Shown one piece after another: positions 41,786 through 61,300 of a stretch of DNA of 64,000 nucleotides. The position numbers and the translations under genes are program-made. Every line of letters starts with the position of its first letter. The first letter of the stretch is position 1. The stretch lies in NCBI GenBank assembly GCA_964035545.1, contig OZ037767.1, positions 11,108,581 through 11,172,580 of the forward strand. The letters are read 5' to 3'. The notes under the pieces are model-generated. The model was not told the origin of the DNA and made no database searches. It worked only from the letters and a program-made list of their open reading frames with translations. Source of the stretch: Bugula neritina. Taxonomy: Eukaryota; Animalia; Bryozoa.

Positions 41786-42524
41786 GGATTTATTTTATGT
41801 AATCTACTAAACAAAACTTTTTCTCTTTCATTTTATGCACTCATTTTGATTCTCAGTCTGAATCTGAAAATGAATCTTTCAGTTTCATCTCTGTCTCATA
41901 CTCATAGTCATACTCATACTGATAAGTTATACTTATACTTATACTTACAGTTACAGTCATCCTCATACTCATACTGATCGGGATCCTGATACTCATACTG
42001 ATAGTGATAAGTTATTTATACTTATGCTTATAGTTATAGTCATAATCATAACGGTAATGATTTATGATATTGATACATGATACAGTTTATAGCCATTGTG
42101 ATTGTCTTTGAGTCGTAGTGACTGTGGCACTTTACCGTAAACTCACTTTTTAGATTAAATTTCTTGCCCATCAGGCTCAGCATGACAAACTCAAAGTTAC
42201 GACAGGCACAGAGCATCGTGATGGCCATACTGATAGTGATACTGATGGGCATGCAGTAACACTTACACTAGTGAATATACTAATTATACAGCCATATTCA
42301 TAGTGGTACATTCATTGATAGTGACACTTGTATTGTTGCAAGCACTGTTGCCTATTGGCTATTGGTGTTACACTTGTGACTTACTCATACTGCTTTCAGT
42401 TATTGTTGCTACTCAAACTTACTTAAATTTGAAGTGATCATCACACTGAATCGCCCTAGAGAGAGAAAGAGGTGTGCTGCATCTGAGTTATAAGTTAACC
42501 CTTCTACTAGTATTTCAAGGCTAA

Positions 42525-43639
42525 AGGCCTGGCCATACACTCATGAGAATCACACAAAATTCGTGTGAATATTGTTGTGAGTTATCCTCTTGTTATGACT
42601 AGCCACGTGTCCGTTGGGCGAAACACATAATAAATAGTCCGTAAATGAGTCTTGCACGAGATACAAACAGCAGAAAATTACCAGACAGAAACCTGATAGA
42701 AATGAAATAATCACTGTTGCTAAAATTCTATTGACCAATCAAATGGTGCTTATCGTCAATTGCGCTTTGTGTCCATCGTTTTTGGTGGGTGCACCCAGCG
42801 AACACGATTTCGTATGAATTCTCTCAAATTTAAGGCCTGGCCACACGATCGTGAGAATCACACGAAACTCTTGTGACGATTTTCGTGAGTTATCTTTTCG
42901 CATTGACCAGCCACACGCTCGTTAGACGAAAAGTCATTATGCCGAGATTGATACCGCAAGTTTATATAAGTTATAAAGGAAAAATTTTGCCATTTTTGTT
43001 ATTTGTTTGGTATTTTATGTGTACTTTTTTTTAGTTTTGTTTATTGGTAAAGTTTTTAAACACACTTTTTATGCGTATAAAATTAAAAAAAAAATTTAAA
43101 ACTCACTAATGCACGTAAATACAAAGCTATAAAGTTTAAGCTTCGCTGTGATTACAATGTGAATATGAATTGAATAATGCTTGCAATAGCTATTTTACGA
43201 AAAATACATTACAGTTGCTATAAATGCAAGACTAGTAAATTGGATGCAAATAGGCATAGTAATACTATTTAATTTATGCTATTTTTGAAATTTGTGGTAA
43301 ATATTTGGCGCGTATAATATATATATACCCCTAATATATACCACTTTGATGGCAACAAGTCATTGTTATTATTCCGTGAATGAGTTTTGCACGAGATACA
43401 AGCAGCAGAAAATTGCCAAATAGAGAAACGTAGTAGAAATGAAATAATCACTGTTGCTAAAGTTCTATTGACCAATCAAATGGCACTTATCGTCGATTGT
43501 GAATTTTCGTCCATCGTCATCGTTGTGTACACCCAACGATGACGATTTTGTTTGAATTCCCTCAAATTTTCTCGTACGAATGTTTTTTCGTGTCAAATAG
43601 ACGATTTCGTGTGATTCTCACGAGTGTGGGGCCAGGCCT
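42525..43639. mobile_element. PIF/Harbinger-type MITE: complete copy 42833-43639 plus a truncated shorter copy 42525-42830
   Basis: TIR AGGCCTGGCCACAC...GAGAATCACACGAAA at 42833 and its near reverse complement ending GGCCAGGCCT at 43639, with TTA on both sides. A second left TIR sits at 42525 after TAA. Segments 42640-42830 and 43380-43570 are homologous. Confidence 0.8.
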
Positions 43640-43855
43640 TTAGTCTTGGCATTGTTTTTTTTATTGTCCGTGTTATAATAATGGATTTGATATTTATTTT
43701 ATAATCAAAGATATTCAAGTATCATATTTGTAGCATTGTATTTATAATACCAACTGTGGGTAGTATTTAACAGTCTAAACTGGACAATTTTAGGAAAGTG
43801 AACTCTCTTTGGTTTTGTCTAGATTGAAAATAAATTTCACACTCAGCAAAGTGAC

Positions 43856-50129
<6,274 letters not shown>

Positions 50130-51327
50130 TAAACTTTCTTGTATTCCCACACTTGGTGTGACAACTCCAAAAGCATTCCGCTACGTAAACTACATTTGCT
50201 TCAACTGTTTTTCCTATACATTCTGCTATGTGTTCACACTTTTATCCAAGATGTTCTCAGCGATATAAATGTCCAATTTTTGCTCACTCACTTTATATGA
50301 TTTATATTTAATATTTATGTTTTGTTGTGTTGAATCTCATTTTAAACTGCTCATGGTTAGAAATCTCTCAAGCAAATAATATTTGTATGTCTATTATATA
50401 TTCATGTGTTTTCTACCTATTCCGTCAATGGTAATAATTTGCCTATAATTGAAGCAACATATTGATATTAGTAATGTTGAATTGATAAAATATAGTAGCC
50501 ATCCAGTATTACTCATTGTTTTGGTAATGATAATTCTTTAATAAAAAGAACGCTCATTGTGTTTTTTCCATGCTTAGATTTCGAAAATTTAAACTAGGCT
50601 TCACAGAACTACAAGTAATAAATATAACAAGTGTTCTATATTATTACACAGGAGTGTACTATACCTGCACCATTAATCCCCAAATTCAACAGTACACACA
50701 CCATAATATAAGCCCATTACAAGAACTAAATAGTAACTTAGATAGTGAAAACCAATGTTTTTTAATGTTTGTGATAAAAGCTCCAATAGAAACTGGTCAT
50801 TTCTGGTTCCCCTGCGCCTAATTCTATTAAAATGTAATCTTTCTATATTTCATAATTTCTAGAAATATTCATAGTTGATTATATATAGGTACAATCTTTT
50901 ATATGATATTATGTTGTGATTCTATGCTGCAGGAAGGGGGGGGGTATTGCAGGAGGGAAATTTTTAAGGGGTTTGTTACAAACGCCAAGACTGGTGTAAC
51001 GCTTTTATAAGGTATTTCTTTTTTTTTTTCTTGATTTCGGTCACCATCGCTTTCATGAGAGAAATTTGTTACCATGTAATAAGTTTTGGTCATAAGTTGT
51101 CCAGTTGAACTGTGTAGTTAAAAGGCACTCAAAAAGACTAGTTGATCTGCAGTATAAAGAAACAATGGAGCTGTATCAAGTAAATAAGCCAGTTATTAAG
51201 TTTCTGCAATACACTTTATTTTTTTCAAAAAATTATAACTATTTGGCAAAGGTGACACGAAGTAAAAGCACTTAACATCATCTACATAATATTATATTGC
51301 ATCACGCATGAATCAATTGACTCTATA

Positions 51328-54300
51328 TTACAAGCAACGATGGAAAACGGGAAGCTCTACTGCAGTTCCGCTTCGATATCCACAAGCCCTTTGCAGACAA
51401 CCCATTTCTACCCGTGAATAAGTCAAGTACCGGGTGTAGATTTGTTGAGAGGACAACCCCGTTACCTACAGAATAAGTCCAGATGACATATCAACACATA
51501 TATAATAGAAAGGGTGGCAGGTGAAAGTAACAACATATGTGACTTCTTGATTGAATATTAGTAGCCTACATTGTATATTAGTAGTGTCTTACATTGAATA
51601 TTAGTAGTCACTTACATTATGCACACTAGGATTGCACTCCTTTGCACTACCAAACTCCATGACATCTGCAATTCTATACATTGTGTTGTTCAACTGAGTA
51701 AAGTCCTCATTACTCTGCCGGAAGAAGGAAGACAGCATACAGCGGTATTTCTCCAGACGTTCTGTTATGCTGTCGGGTAAATACTAAAATATAAATTAGA
51801 ACTGACTGTTTGAAACTCTGAGAAATTCACTGATAGTTGTTCCTAGCAGATGCATAGTGTTGGCTAAAAATATTGTTTTAATAATTGGAGCAGATGCCTA
51901 GTGATTAAAACGCAGACTTGAGTAGTGAGAACATTGATAGAAGCAGCACAGAGTTAGGGGTGACCAAGAAGAGTATCTGTACATCGTTGTCAAACTACAG
52001 AGCCAATGTACCAAACTAAAAGCATCAAACCAATGCATTCAGTGAGTTCTAACTCAGTGCTGCTTCAAGCGATTTTTTAGAATGAGAATTGATCAATCCA
52101 GTCAGGAAAAGCATCCTTTCCTATCGGTAAACCCCTCAAGCACTGTTTGAGTCAGAAAAGTTTCATTGGGCTCCTACTGGACAGGAAAACGTCCAATGAA
52201 ATGTCATGGATTGTGCCCAATAATAGACTTTGAGTGTGTCTAGGGGGTTAGCCTGCTTGTGAACTTTTATCAACTGAAACTCTCACAGAAAAGAAGACTT
52301 TAACCTAACATAATAATAATATGCTCACCAAGAGGTCTTCACAGATAAATTTCTGGTTAGTAGTTATTGGTCTTCCTCCTGCCGAACACATGGTTGTTCT
52401 CTGCAAGACAATACTCAAACTTATACCACAAATTTATATATAATTGAATGCAGCATTGTTAATTACTAAAATTATGAACTATACAAATTATCACTTCGTC
52501 ACAAATTCTACCCTATAAACTATAACATATACAAAATATTATTTTGTTATTTAGCCTACACTTATAATTCATATAACATGCATGTCTATTGCAACCCATT
52601 ATTCCTTAATACTTGTTTACATACTTGGCCACTCTATATATCTATAAATAGTTCCTGTGTGGAATGCAATAGAACTTTTTAGATTATATCAAATTAGCAT
52701 AAAAGCAGATGCTCTATTTATAAACATCGGTTCGACAATGAAGTATCTTATAACCTTGTGCCATTTAAAAGTGAATATATTGCAACCATGCAGCTAGTGA
52801 AATGTATATCATTGTGACTAATTAGCTTATAATGTATTGCATAGTCTTGTTAAGCATTTGCACATTCTCAACATACCATATAATTGGTGTTTAAAATCTC
52901 CAGTAGTTCATAAGTCTCTCTGATATCATCACCCCACGCTGGTGTCTTATTGGAACAATATTCTGGTCCTGAGTATGGCCCGTTTGGATCTCTAAAATAT
53001 ATACTTCCATAAAAATGTCTAAAATTATATTCTAGTCTTTTTATTAGTCTCCAAAATAATATTAATAATGTATTTTTAGTAAATGAAATTATAGAAATCA
53101 TACTCCTACTGTGACATAGCTGTTAGAGTAAAGAGATATGTATATTGTATAAATATTATTTTTCCAAATATAAAAACTTTATAAGATAAAGTTTTGTTTA
53201 CAAACCGCAGCAGTGTTAGAGCATCTGACTGCATAACGAAATAAATTATAATTTTAAAAGCCTTGCTAAAAATAGTTGAGTTAAGGTGGGCAATTTACTG
53301 GCAGTGATGAAAAACAGGAATCTCTATAGCTGCGCCACTTTCATCTCCACAGTACTGCTGCAGACAAGCTATTTCTACTTGTAAGCCAATCAGATTTTGA
53401 GAATAGATGCGTTCTACTGACAATCCTCTTATCTACAAAATAATTTCATACAAAAACCTTAAGAAAATCATAAAATAAACAAATAATAGCAGACAGAAGT
53501 CCTGACATGTATTATGACTTAAAATCTTGAACTATGCATCAGTAACTTATATTTTATTTTAGTGACCTACATTGTATATCTGAGAACTAACATATATTAA
53601 ATTAACTAACATTGTATTGTATATTAGTGACTTACACTGTAGAACAGTTAACAACATTGCAATCACAGAGCTCTTAGAAAACTGAGGCAGTATATGTACT
53701 TACATTGTGCACACTGGGATTGCACTCTCTTGCACTACTAGGCTCAAGAAAGCCAATGATGCTATGCACAAGGTTGTTCAACTCAAGAAATTCTTCACTA
53801 CTTTGTTGAAAGAACGAATACAGCATACAGCGGTATTTCTGCAGGCGTTCAGTGGTATTGGCAGCTAAATACTGAAACATAAAAAATTTCCAACTGAGCT
53901 TCACCAATCTCCTACGATAAAGATTATCAACAACTTTGAAATGCATTGCTTTTAGACTGGAAAATAATGCATTAATATAGCTAATTGCGTATTTTGCTAC
54001 ATGTAGTCAAAATGCAGAACAAAATAACAATACTCTATGGATTATGGCAGAATAGCAATGCAGCTAGTCAAGGTGCACAAGCCATGGTAGAAAACTCAAC
54101 TAATTGGGTTTAACTTCCTTCCAATAGTCAAAGTTTCGGTTTACTTAGTTTTGAATTCAACAATTTGGATTTGCCATTAATTAGCTTCTCAGTTTAAGTT
54201 TGAAAGCATGCCTTAAACGGTAAACTTGTTGTTTGAATATGGGTAGTTATTCATAAAATTAGTCACACTTCCTATTTAAAAGATGGTAAAGTGACTGTAC

Positions 54301-57300
54301 TTACCCTTAAATCTTCACAGTAGAACTTCTGGTTATAGCTGACCGGTTCAGGTTCATCACCAGTAAGGCACATGGCAAGGTCCTTTAATAAACAAGAGAT
54401 ATGTTGTTATATAATGTTACAGTTGGCAGCCTTTAATAAATATATGTTATAGCCTATTTTTGTATAGAATACAGTTAAGAGAAGTTACCAATTACATAAT
54501 TTTTCAAATGTTTAGGTTTATTAAGAACTGATGCTTTCTTACAAAGGGTGGGGGGTTTAATAACTTTACTATAGCACCCAACCCAGGGAGGTGAAATAAA
54601 TTATTAAATGCCTGAATAACGTTACACCTACATGCATTTCATCAGAATTAGAATATCCAAAGCTCTAGTTAGCTTTGTTAGCTGCATTAAAATGCGACAA
54701 CTGAGAAATTCTAATACCTTAAATTTCTTAGGCACTATATTAAAAATAATGGTTTGGGCTGCAGTTTAAAATTATTGGTTAAACTGCACCCCCTGTCCCC
54801 TTAGTCGCTGTTCACCTACCACATAATGGGTGTTCCAATAAGTTAGCATGCTGGAAGCCATTTCAAGGTAAGTGATATGAGGAGCTGCATGGTAAGTACA
54901 GTATGGGTCGACTGATCTTTTTTCTACTCTTAGAGTGTTCCTATGAAGAGAAGTATACTACTTTCAATAATAAAAAAACATCATCATATGTAAAGCATCT
55001 AATCTATAGGCCTACACTAAAGTTATTTTTATCAATTTTTTGTTTGCATTCGTAGAAATTAAAAGCCCATAATTTAGAAAGAATTTTTTTATATCTTTTC
55101 AATTTAGTATACTTTGAATAATTTTCTTTTCCAAATAATTGCTGTTACATAAAATCGCAATTGATGAAGTACTATAGTAAATTTACAGTTGAAATTTGAC
55201 TAGCAGTAGTTTATACTATCCACAGTTAGTTTAAGGTCATACTTTTCATTTTCTGGCTCTTTGCCAGGTGCTTTATGTTCTATATGAACAATGTTCCACT
55301 GATAGCTCGAACAGGTTGAATGTCACAGGAACAAAAAAAATATGAAAAGATAAAGAAACTTATGTTCTCCAATATACTTTTTTATTTTTTTCAAAAGCCA
55401 ATTCATGTTTAAGTTATAGCTTGTTGAAAAACATAGTCCCCCTTCCACATTCTTATCAATTTATACGCTCCTGACTTGTTATTGCGTCTCAATATGCCTT
55501 GTATTTGAGTGCTTGTTAGTCTCGCTTCACTAACTTTGCCTATACTTCACAAGTGCCAGTGCTGCTGGCTCAAAAGCTAAATGTTATAATAAACTGTCAG
55601 CTAAAACCCAATCTTGTATTCCTAGGTTGGTTGGCCTAAATAAAACAATAGTCAAATCATGATTTCATGTTTTAAAAATTTACTCTATTCTAACCTGCTG
55701 CCTAGCTAGTTCTATTTTTGATGTATAATTACAAAATTTGTGATACATTTTTTTGGCAACCATGTGATTTATAAAATGCAGTAATGGTACTTATAATATT
55801 ATATTATTATCATTATAATATATTATATAGTATTATGTGTGTTTTTATTATACTGCATAATATCTATTTTATTATTGTTGTTGTGCAAACAAGTGCAATT
55901 AACCTAGTTTTCAAAATGTACCTCTAAATTATCAGAATATCAGTTTAGATATTTTCATGCTTTGTAAGGTAAACCTAAAAAAAGAGGCTGTATTCCCAAA
56001 GTAAAGGGTGTTGAACTATGAACTATATTAGATTAGCCACTCTGCTACCAAGTGCATCAGTATAATATTATATGAATAGCTCTGATGCTTTGTCTCCGTG
56101 GCTGGCTGCGATATGATAACTTGGCCAACTTCCAAGAGTTTAAAATTGGCGCAATTATTCAAGAGGTTACATACTGCACAGAGCTAGCAGTGATAGTAAC
56201 CTTGCTATTGGCTGTACTTATTACAACTGCCAGCATATAAGCTGCATTGTAGAATGCCGTTGGGGTAGGCTAGTAAAACCAAATTCTGCTCTCTAATATA
56301 CCTTAGACACAATGCAGCAACATAATTGTTCGTTTCAAATTACATTGCCACCCTTACATGAGCTGTGGGCTTCATAAAGATTCATATGATTAGAGATTTA
56401 TGCTATAGGCTAGCTATGATGAAAAGAAAACACCATTGTCAAAGTTAACTTCAAGTATGTTGTTTTCCAGAAACTCAGTAATGTCCATTTATATCTCTCG
56501 CATACAAATACTTATGTAATAGCATACAGTTTAAGTTTTATTTTAGAGCACATCTGCAAACTCTACAATAAGAGCTTGCTTTACCAGTCTATTTCAGACC
56601 TGTTTTTGTAGCTAGTAATACGCAAGCTACTTATTTTTAAACTTTTGGGTTATTTGTTCAAAACCATTAGCTTTGATAGTAACCCGAGACTATTGCAACA
56701 GTTGACTGCTATCAACATGAATTGACAGCCTAATAATTATAACCCATTTGCGCGCGAAATATTTATGTAATGATAGTTACTCATATAATGCGCGACTCTT
56801 TTACGATCACAGCGTGGTCCAGAGGTTAGAGGCGTCAGCGACGAGTTGGTTGGTCATGGTTCAACCCTGATTTGTTGCAATTTTTTTGTCAACTTATGCA
56901 AATCCTACGCATGTATAATAAATATGGCTATAATTGTAAAGTTTTTTTTTAACTTTTGTTCAACAGTAAGACAACATACATGCATAATAATTAGATACTG
57001 AACACTGGACTAAACCTTGAAATGATCTTATAGAATACAATGTACTTAAAATAATCATATGTGAATTAGAGAAACCTTTACTGACAAGACTGCAAAGTGA
57101 AGTGATTTAGCTGAAATTAACTCTGCCAAACAAACAAAGAATTATGTTGTGCTGAGGCATTTTCAATATATTATTGTAACATAGTGAGATGATTCAGCTA
57201 AGTGCTAATGTAAAACAGGGAACATTATATTGGCAGAAATCCAATAGATTGCCAATTTGTGCGAGAGGGTACTATATGTTATTGTGATAGCGCAGAGCGG

Positions 57301-58198
57301 CAAACGTACTAGGAATGTTATAATTAGTCACAGGAGCGTAGCTAGAACCACCATATGAAGAATTTAGATAATTGCAGTGAAACTTGCAATATGGTGTATG
57401 TTTTTACCAAATTGTGAAGAGCATAAACAGAATTTCAAAAAACAAAGAAAGTATATTAGAGAAAACATATCAAGGAATGTCAAGTTTAACTTTTAGACTT
57501 TATAAAATGAATCCCCTGTGCTACAGCAGTGGAACATGGAGGGTGTAAAATTTTACTTATTATGCAACAACTTTCTCAGAAAATTTTTTATTGAAAAATT
57601 AAAAAAGTATATGAAAGAGGAATGCAAGAGCTATCTTTTCATGTAAAATTTGTTAATGTGAGACAAAAACTGTTCGAGCTATCCCCTGGAAACCGTTTAT
57701 ATATAACATAAAGCAGTGCCTGAATGTGGAAAGTAATGACCTTAAACTAACTGTGTCGATAAAATGATAAACTTTTATATATTCGTACCTTCCAGAATTC
57801 TGAAGACTAGCTGGATTCACATCCACTACACCAACCATCAGTACAGCGAATATCACGAGAGATATGCTAGTTACTTTGCCTACAAGTATGCATTAAAACA
57901 GCTTAAATAGAAAATGTCCTTCAACACCAATAGCTTAATCAGCAAAATAAAAATTTGGTTTTAAATTTTAGTCTTATAAAAGAAAGACCATTTTAACTTT
58001 AAAAGGCATTATATAAAAATACTAATAACCAATCATCATGTGACAGTGACTAAAATAAAAAGTTATAACACAACGTAGAATATAATATTAATTATGACAG
58101 AGACATGTTGCAGCAAATCCGATAAAAAATAATTAATAGTATATTTCTTAAATTTGCCTTTTGGCTGTTTAATAATTAATTAATCAACACATACCCAT
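51328..58198 (-). CDS. Uncharacterised secreted precursor, 362 aa, with two tandem 8-Cys predicted-helical domains (four-helix-cytokine-like architecture)
   Basis: Exons 58198-58195, 57879-57789, 54940-54820, 54382-54305, 53871-53704, 53432-53299, 52991-52877, 52400-52329, 51783-51616, 51465-51328, all GT-AG and phase-compatible (1089 nt). Signal-like N-terminus, VEKR dibasic site and an internal four-exon duplication. TATA box upstream; AATAAA at 51220-51215. Confidence 0.8.
56805..56890 (+). mobile_element. tRNA-derived SINE head or tRNA pseudogene
   Basis: gcgTGGTCCAGAGGttagaggcgtcag...catGGTTCAACCC followed by a T-run; A and B boxes present, no proper cloverleaf. Confidence 0.5.
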
Positions 58199-58322
58199 TT
58201 TCACTTTGAGCAACAGGGTTATAAAAAGACAGCTTGTCGGGGTAAAGAAGTAATTTCTCAGTTCTAAAGTATTAACCAGGTAAGGAGCTCAGCAGGTATG
58301 GAGGAAGGGCTTCAGCTACAAG

Positions 58323-58330
58323 CTTTTATA
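58323..58330 (-). promoter_or_regulatory. TATA box of the secreted tandem-domain gene
   Basis: TATAAAAG on the minus strand, about 125 nt upstream of ATG G|gtatgt. Confidence 0.5.
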
Positions 58331-61300
58331 ACTGGAATAGTTATGTAATAGCCAACTTAAGTGTTGTTTACAGGTAGTACAAAAGTAAATAATTCCCCTA
58401 AATGAGAAGCTTGCAATAAAGCCAGCTGTAACCATTTTGCTAGGCTTGCACTGGATGAAACTAATCTCTCTAAAGAAATTGGACCGTGGTTAAGTATAAA
58501 TTAGACCCTATTAAAATCCAGTAAACAAAACATTTTAGTGCAAAGAATTGGCTGCCTAGATTTAGAGAAAGGCTTTATCCTATACAGTAAACTATAACAA
58601 AGGGGAAACTCAAGCTTTCACTTACTATAGGTTAATTACTTTAGCTTTTGAACTGTACTGGAGAATTTTTAAAGGCTTAGAAGCTTTTCTAAGCCAATGC
58701 TGTAAGCAGAAATGAAAGACAATCATTAGCTACTGTGATTATTAAATAATGTTGCCGTCCTATCTTCACCAACATTCACTTATTTTTCCGGTGATCGTAT
58801 TGAACCGTTATTTTAAGATTTAAATGACTTAGCTATAGATTCGATTTCTTTTGTCTCTGTAGAATAGATATTTTTTCAGCAGTGGCCAGTGAAGTCTAGT
58901 ATTTTGGAAGCTGCTTTTCAGTAAGCATGTAGGCTGGAGGAATATTGCTATGAGAATAAATTACATTGAATTCAATAGTGGCTATAAAAATTTCCCTTAA
59001 AAGGTTTGATATATGTTCCTCAAATTCCAGATGATTCAAGAGTAAAAAAAATTAAATTTTATATTTGTGTAACAATCAATTTAAAGTCATTATGTTTTAT
59101 AGATTTAGTAAATTAAGAATGATATAAATCGCTGGAAAATATTTTAACAAATAGTAAAAGGGGAAATGTGTTTACAATTTGTTGCTTGTAGCCTATGTTG
59201 TTCAACTTTTCATCATCATAACCAAAAGGGTTATCTCTTTATTTCAAATTCCTGCACTTCTGGTCAAGTCTTGTCTTTGGGCAATAAATAGCCTACTGAA
59301 GAATTCCAGGCTCTTAATATGTTATAAAGTGCCACAATCTTTGTAAAAAAAGCTATTAAACTGCGTGTTCTTTTTCATCAGATGGAGGAATCTGTAGGTT
59401 ACAAATAGTTTTCTTTGTATTTCAACTTACTAGTGCCAAAACTGCTGGGAGTGTTTTTACTATTTAGTAACACCAAGAAAACAGAAATAGCATGAATTAT
59501 GTAATAGGGTTACACTTTTGGTATTAGGCTGAATGATTTAAGGCAAATGCAGTACTATAGTACAATGCGGTGGTGCAAATGAATATAGATTAGGGGTGGC
59601 ATTCAAAGTGGGGTAAATAAAGCCTCATAATAAGAATGCATTACCTGATCAAACAAAACTCTACATTTAAACTTAAATAGTAACTACATTTAAACATGAA
59701 GATTACCCTGCTACTGAAGTGAGTATCTACCTAGCTCACAGTAAGTTATGCTGTATGGCAAGTATGCCTATGCTCTGAGCAAGACGTTGCTTGCATGATA
59801 ACTCAAATTAGTGTTAATTATCAACAGTATATAAAACTGTAACAGTAATTTTGTCAGTAAAGTGACAGTTATGTGCATCTTTATACAAGAGAAAAGCTAT
59901 GAGAGGAGTGAATACAGATAACTTTTCTGCTCCATTTCTGCACTGGCTCATAACATAACACCCATAGCGAACAGTCAACAAGCTATATTGCAAAACAGCT
60001 TTCACCAAAGGCCCAACTACTGTATATGTTACATTATGCACCTGCTCTATGTGTGCAATTCTATCTTATTCAGCAACGCTGGTTAAATCAATTTCAACAG
60101 GTTATTTCCATCTCATTGCTATAAAGCACCATCCAGCAAACAGGACAGAGTAGAGATGAGGATTGCTATGAAACACTCCTCTAGGGTTATGGAAACCTCA
60201 CTGGCTAGGTAGACATTACTCACAGGTCTAGTTATATTATATTGGTGAGATAGCAGAGTTGGAGCAACATCTGCAACTGTCTCTATAATTGCTGCCACAC
60301 TGCCATACAGCTAGAATTCACCTACTTGAAGTATACTTACAAACTGTCTCTCAGATCATATAATTAATAAATTGAATATTTTGAACAGGCAAGTGTATTT
60401 GTATTGATATAAGAGTGTTGAGATTTTCTGCTCACTGTTTAGTACATTGCTGTACTAAAATACTATATTCACTGCCCTTCAACTCATCCTATAGTTGGGT
60501 CCAATAATATTTCTTCATCACAACTTTATAAGCACCCCTAAATAAATGCTGCACCTTCCACTGTTGCGCTAACTGGTAGAAAGAAAACAATTTACCTAAA
60601 AGTAGTGAAAAGGTTTTAGTAGGAGAGTTGTAAAAGCAGGTGGTATTATTCTTCTAGTTATCTAAATAGCAAATTGGGTTCAACTCAAGTATTGATATAT
60701 TGTTGCAATAAGTACTGCTACCAGTGCTAATACTAGTACTAATCTGTACCAATTCTCACAACTTGCAGAGTGCCCTATATAGTATAAGTAGAGTCAATCT
60801 TGTTATACTCTCTGATTACTTCTATTTCCAACTTTGTAGGCTACATTGTGATGTGAACATAACACTGAAGACAGTAAAGTTTCTAAATGGGGAAGAGTGC
60901 ATATTCTTACCATTAGCAGATTCGTTTGCCAATTTATTTATTTTGAGCTTTTAGAGATGAGATTAACTGATTCTGGGTGAATAATGTTTATTATATACCA
61001 AAGTAACTGTGAGATCTAAAAACATAATAATACTTAACACGTCCATGAAAGATTAACAAAACTGTTTTAATAATTCCTAATAGAACAAAAGCACAAAGAA
61101 TATATTTAAACTACCTTTGCTTCCTCGGCTCCCTGCAGTCTTAGTCTAATATTTCTGATTCTCTTATAAATTGAATATCACTTTCTTAGAGTGTTTTATT
61201 TTTCACACATGCACATTCTACATACTAAACTGACCAGGCTGGGTTATTGAGATAAATATATTGCATAAAAAGTCACACTCTAAACAATAAAAGCTGGCAT

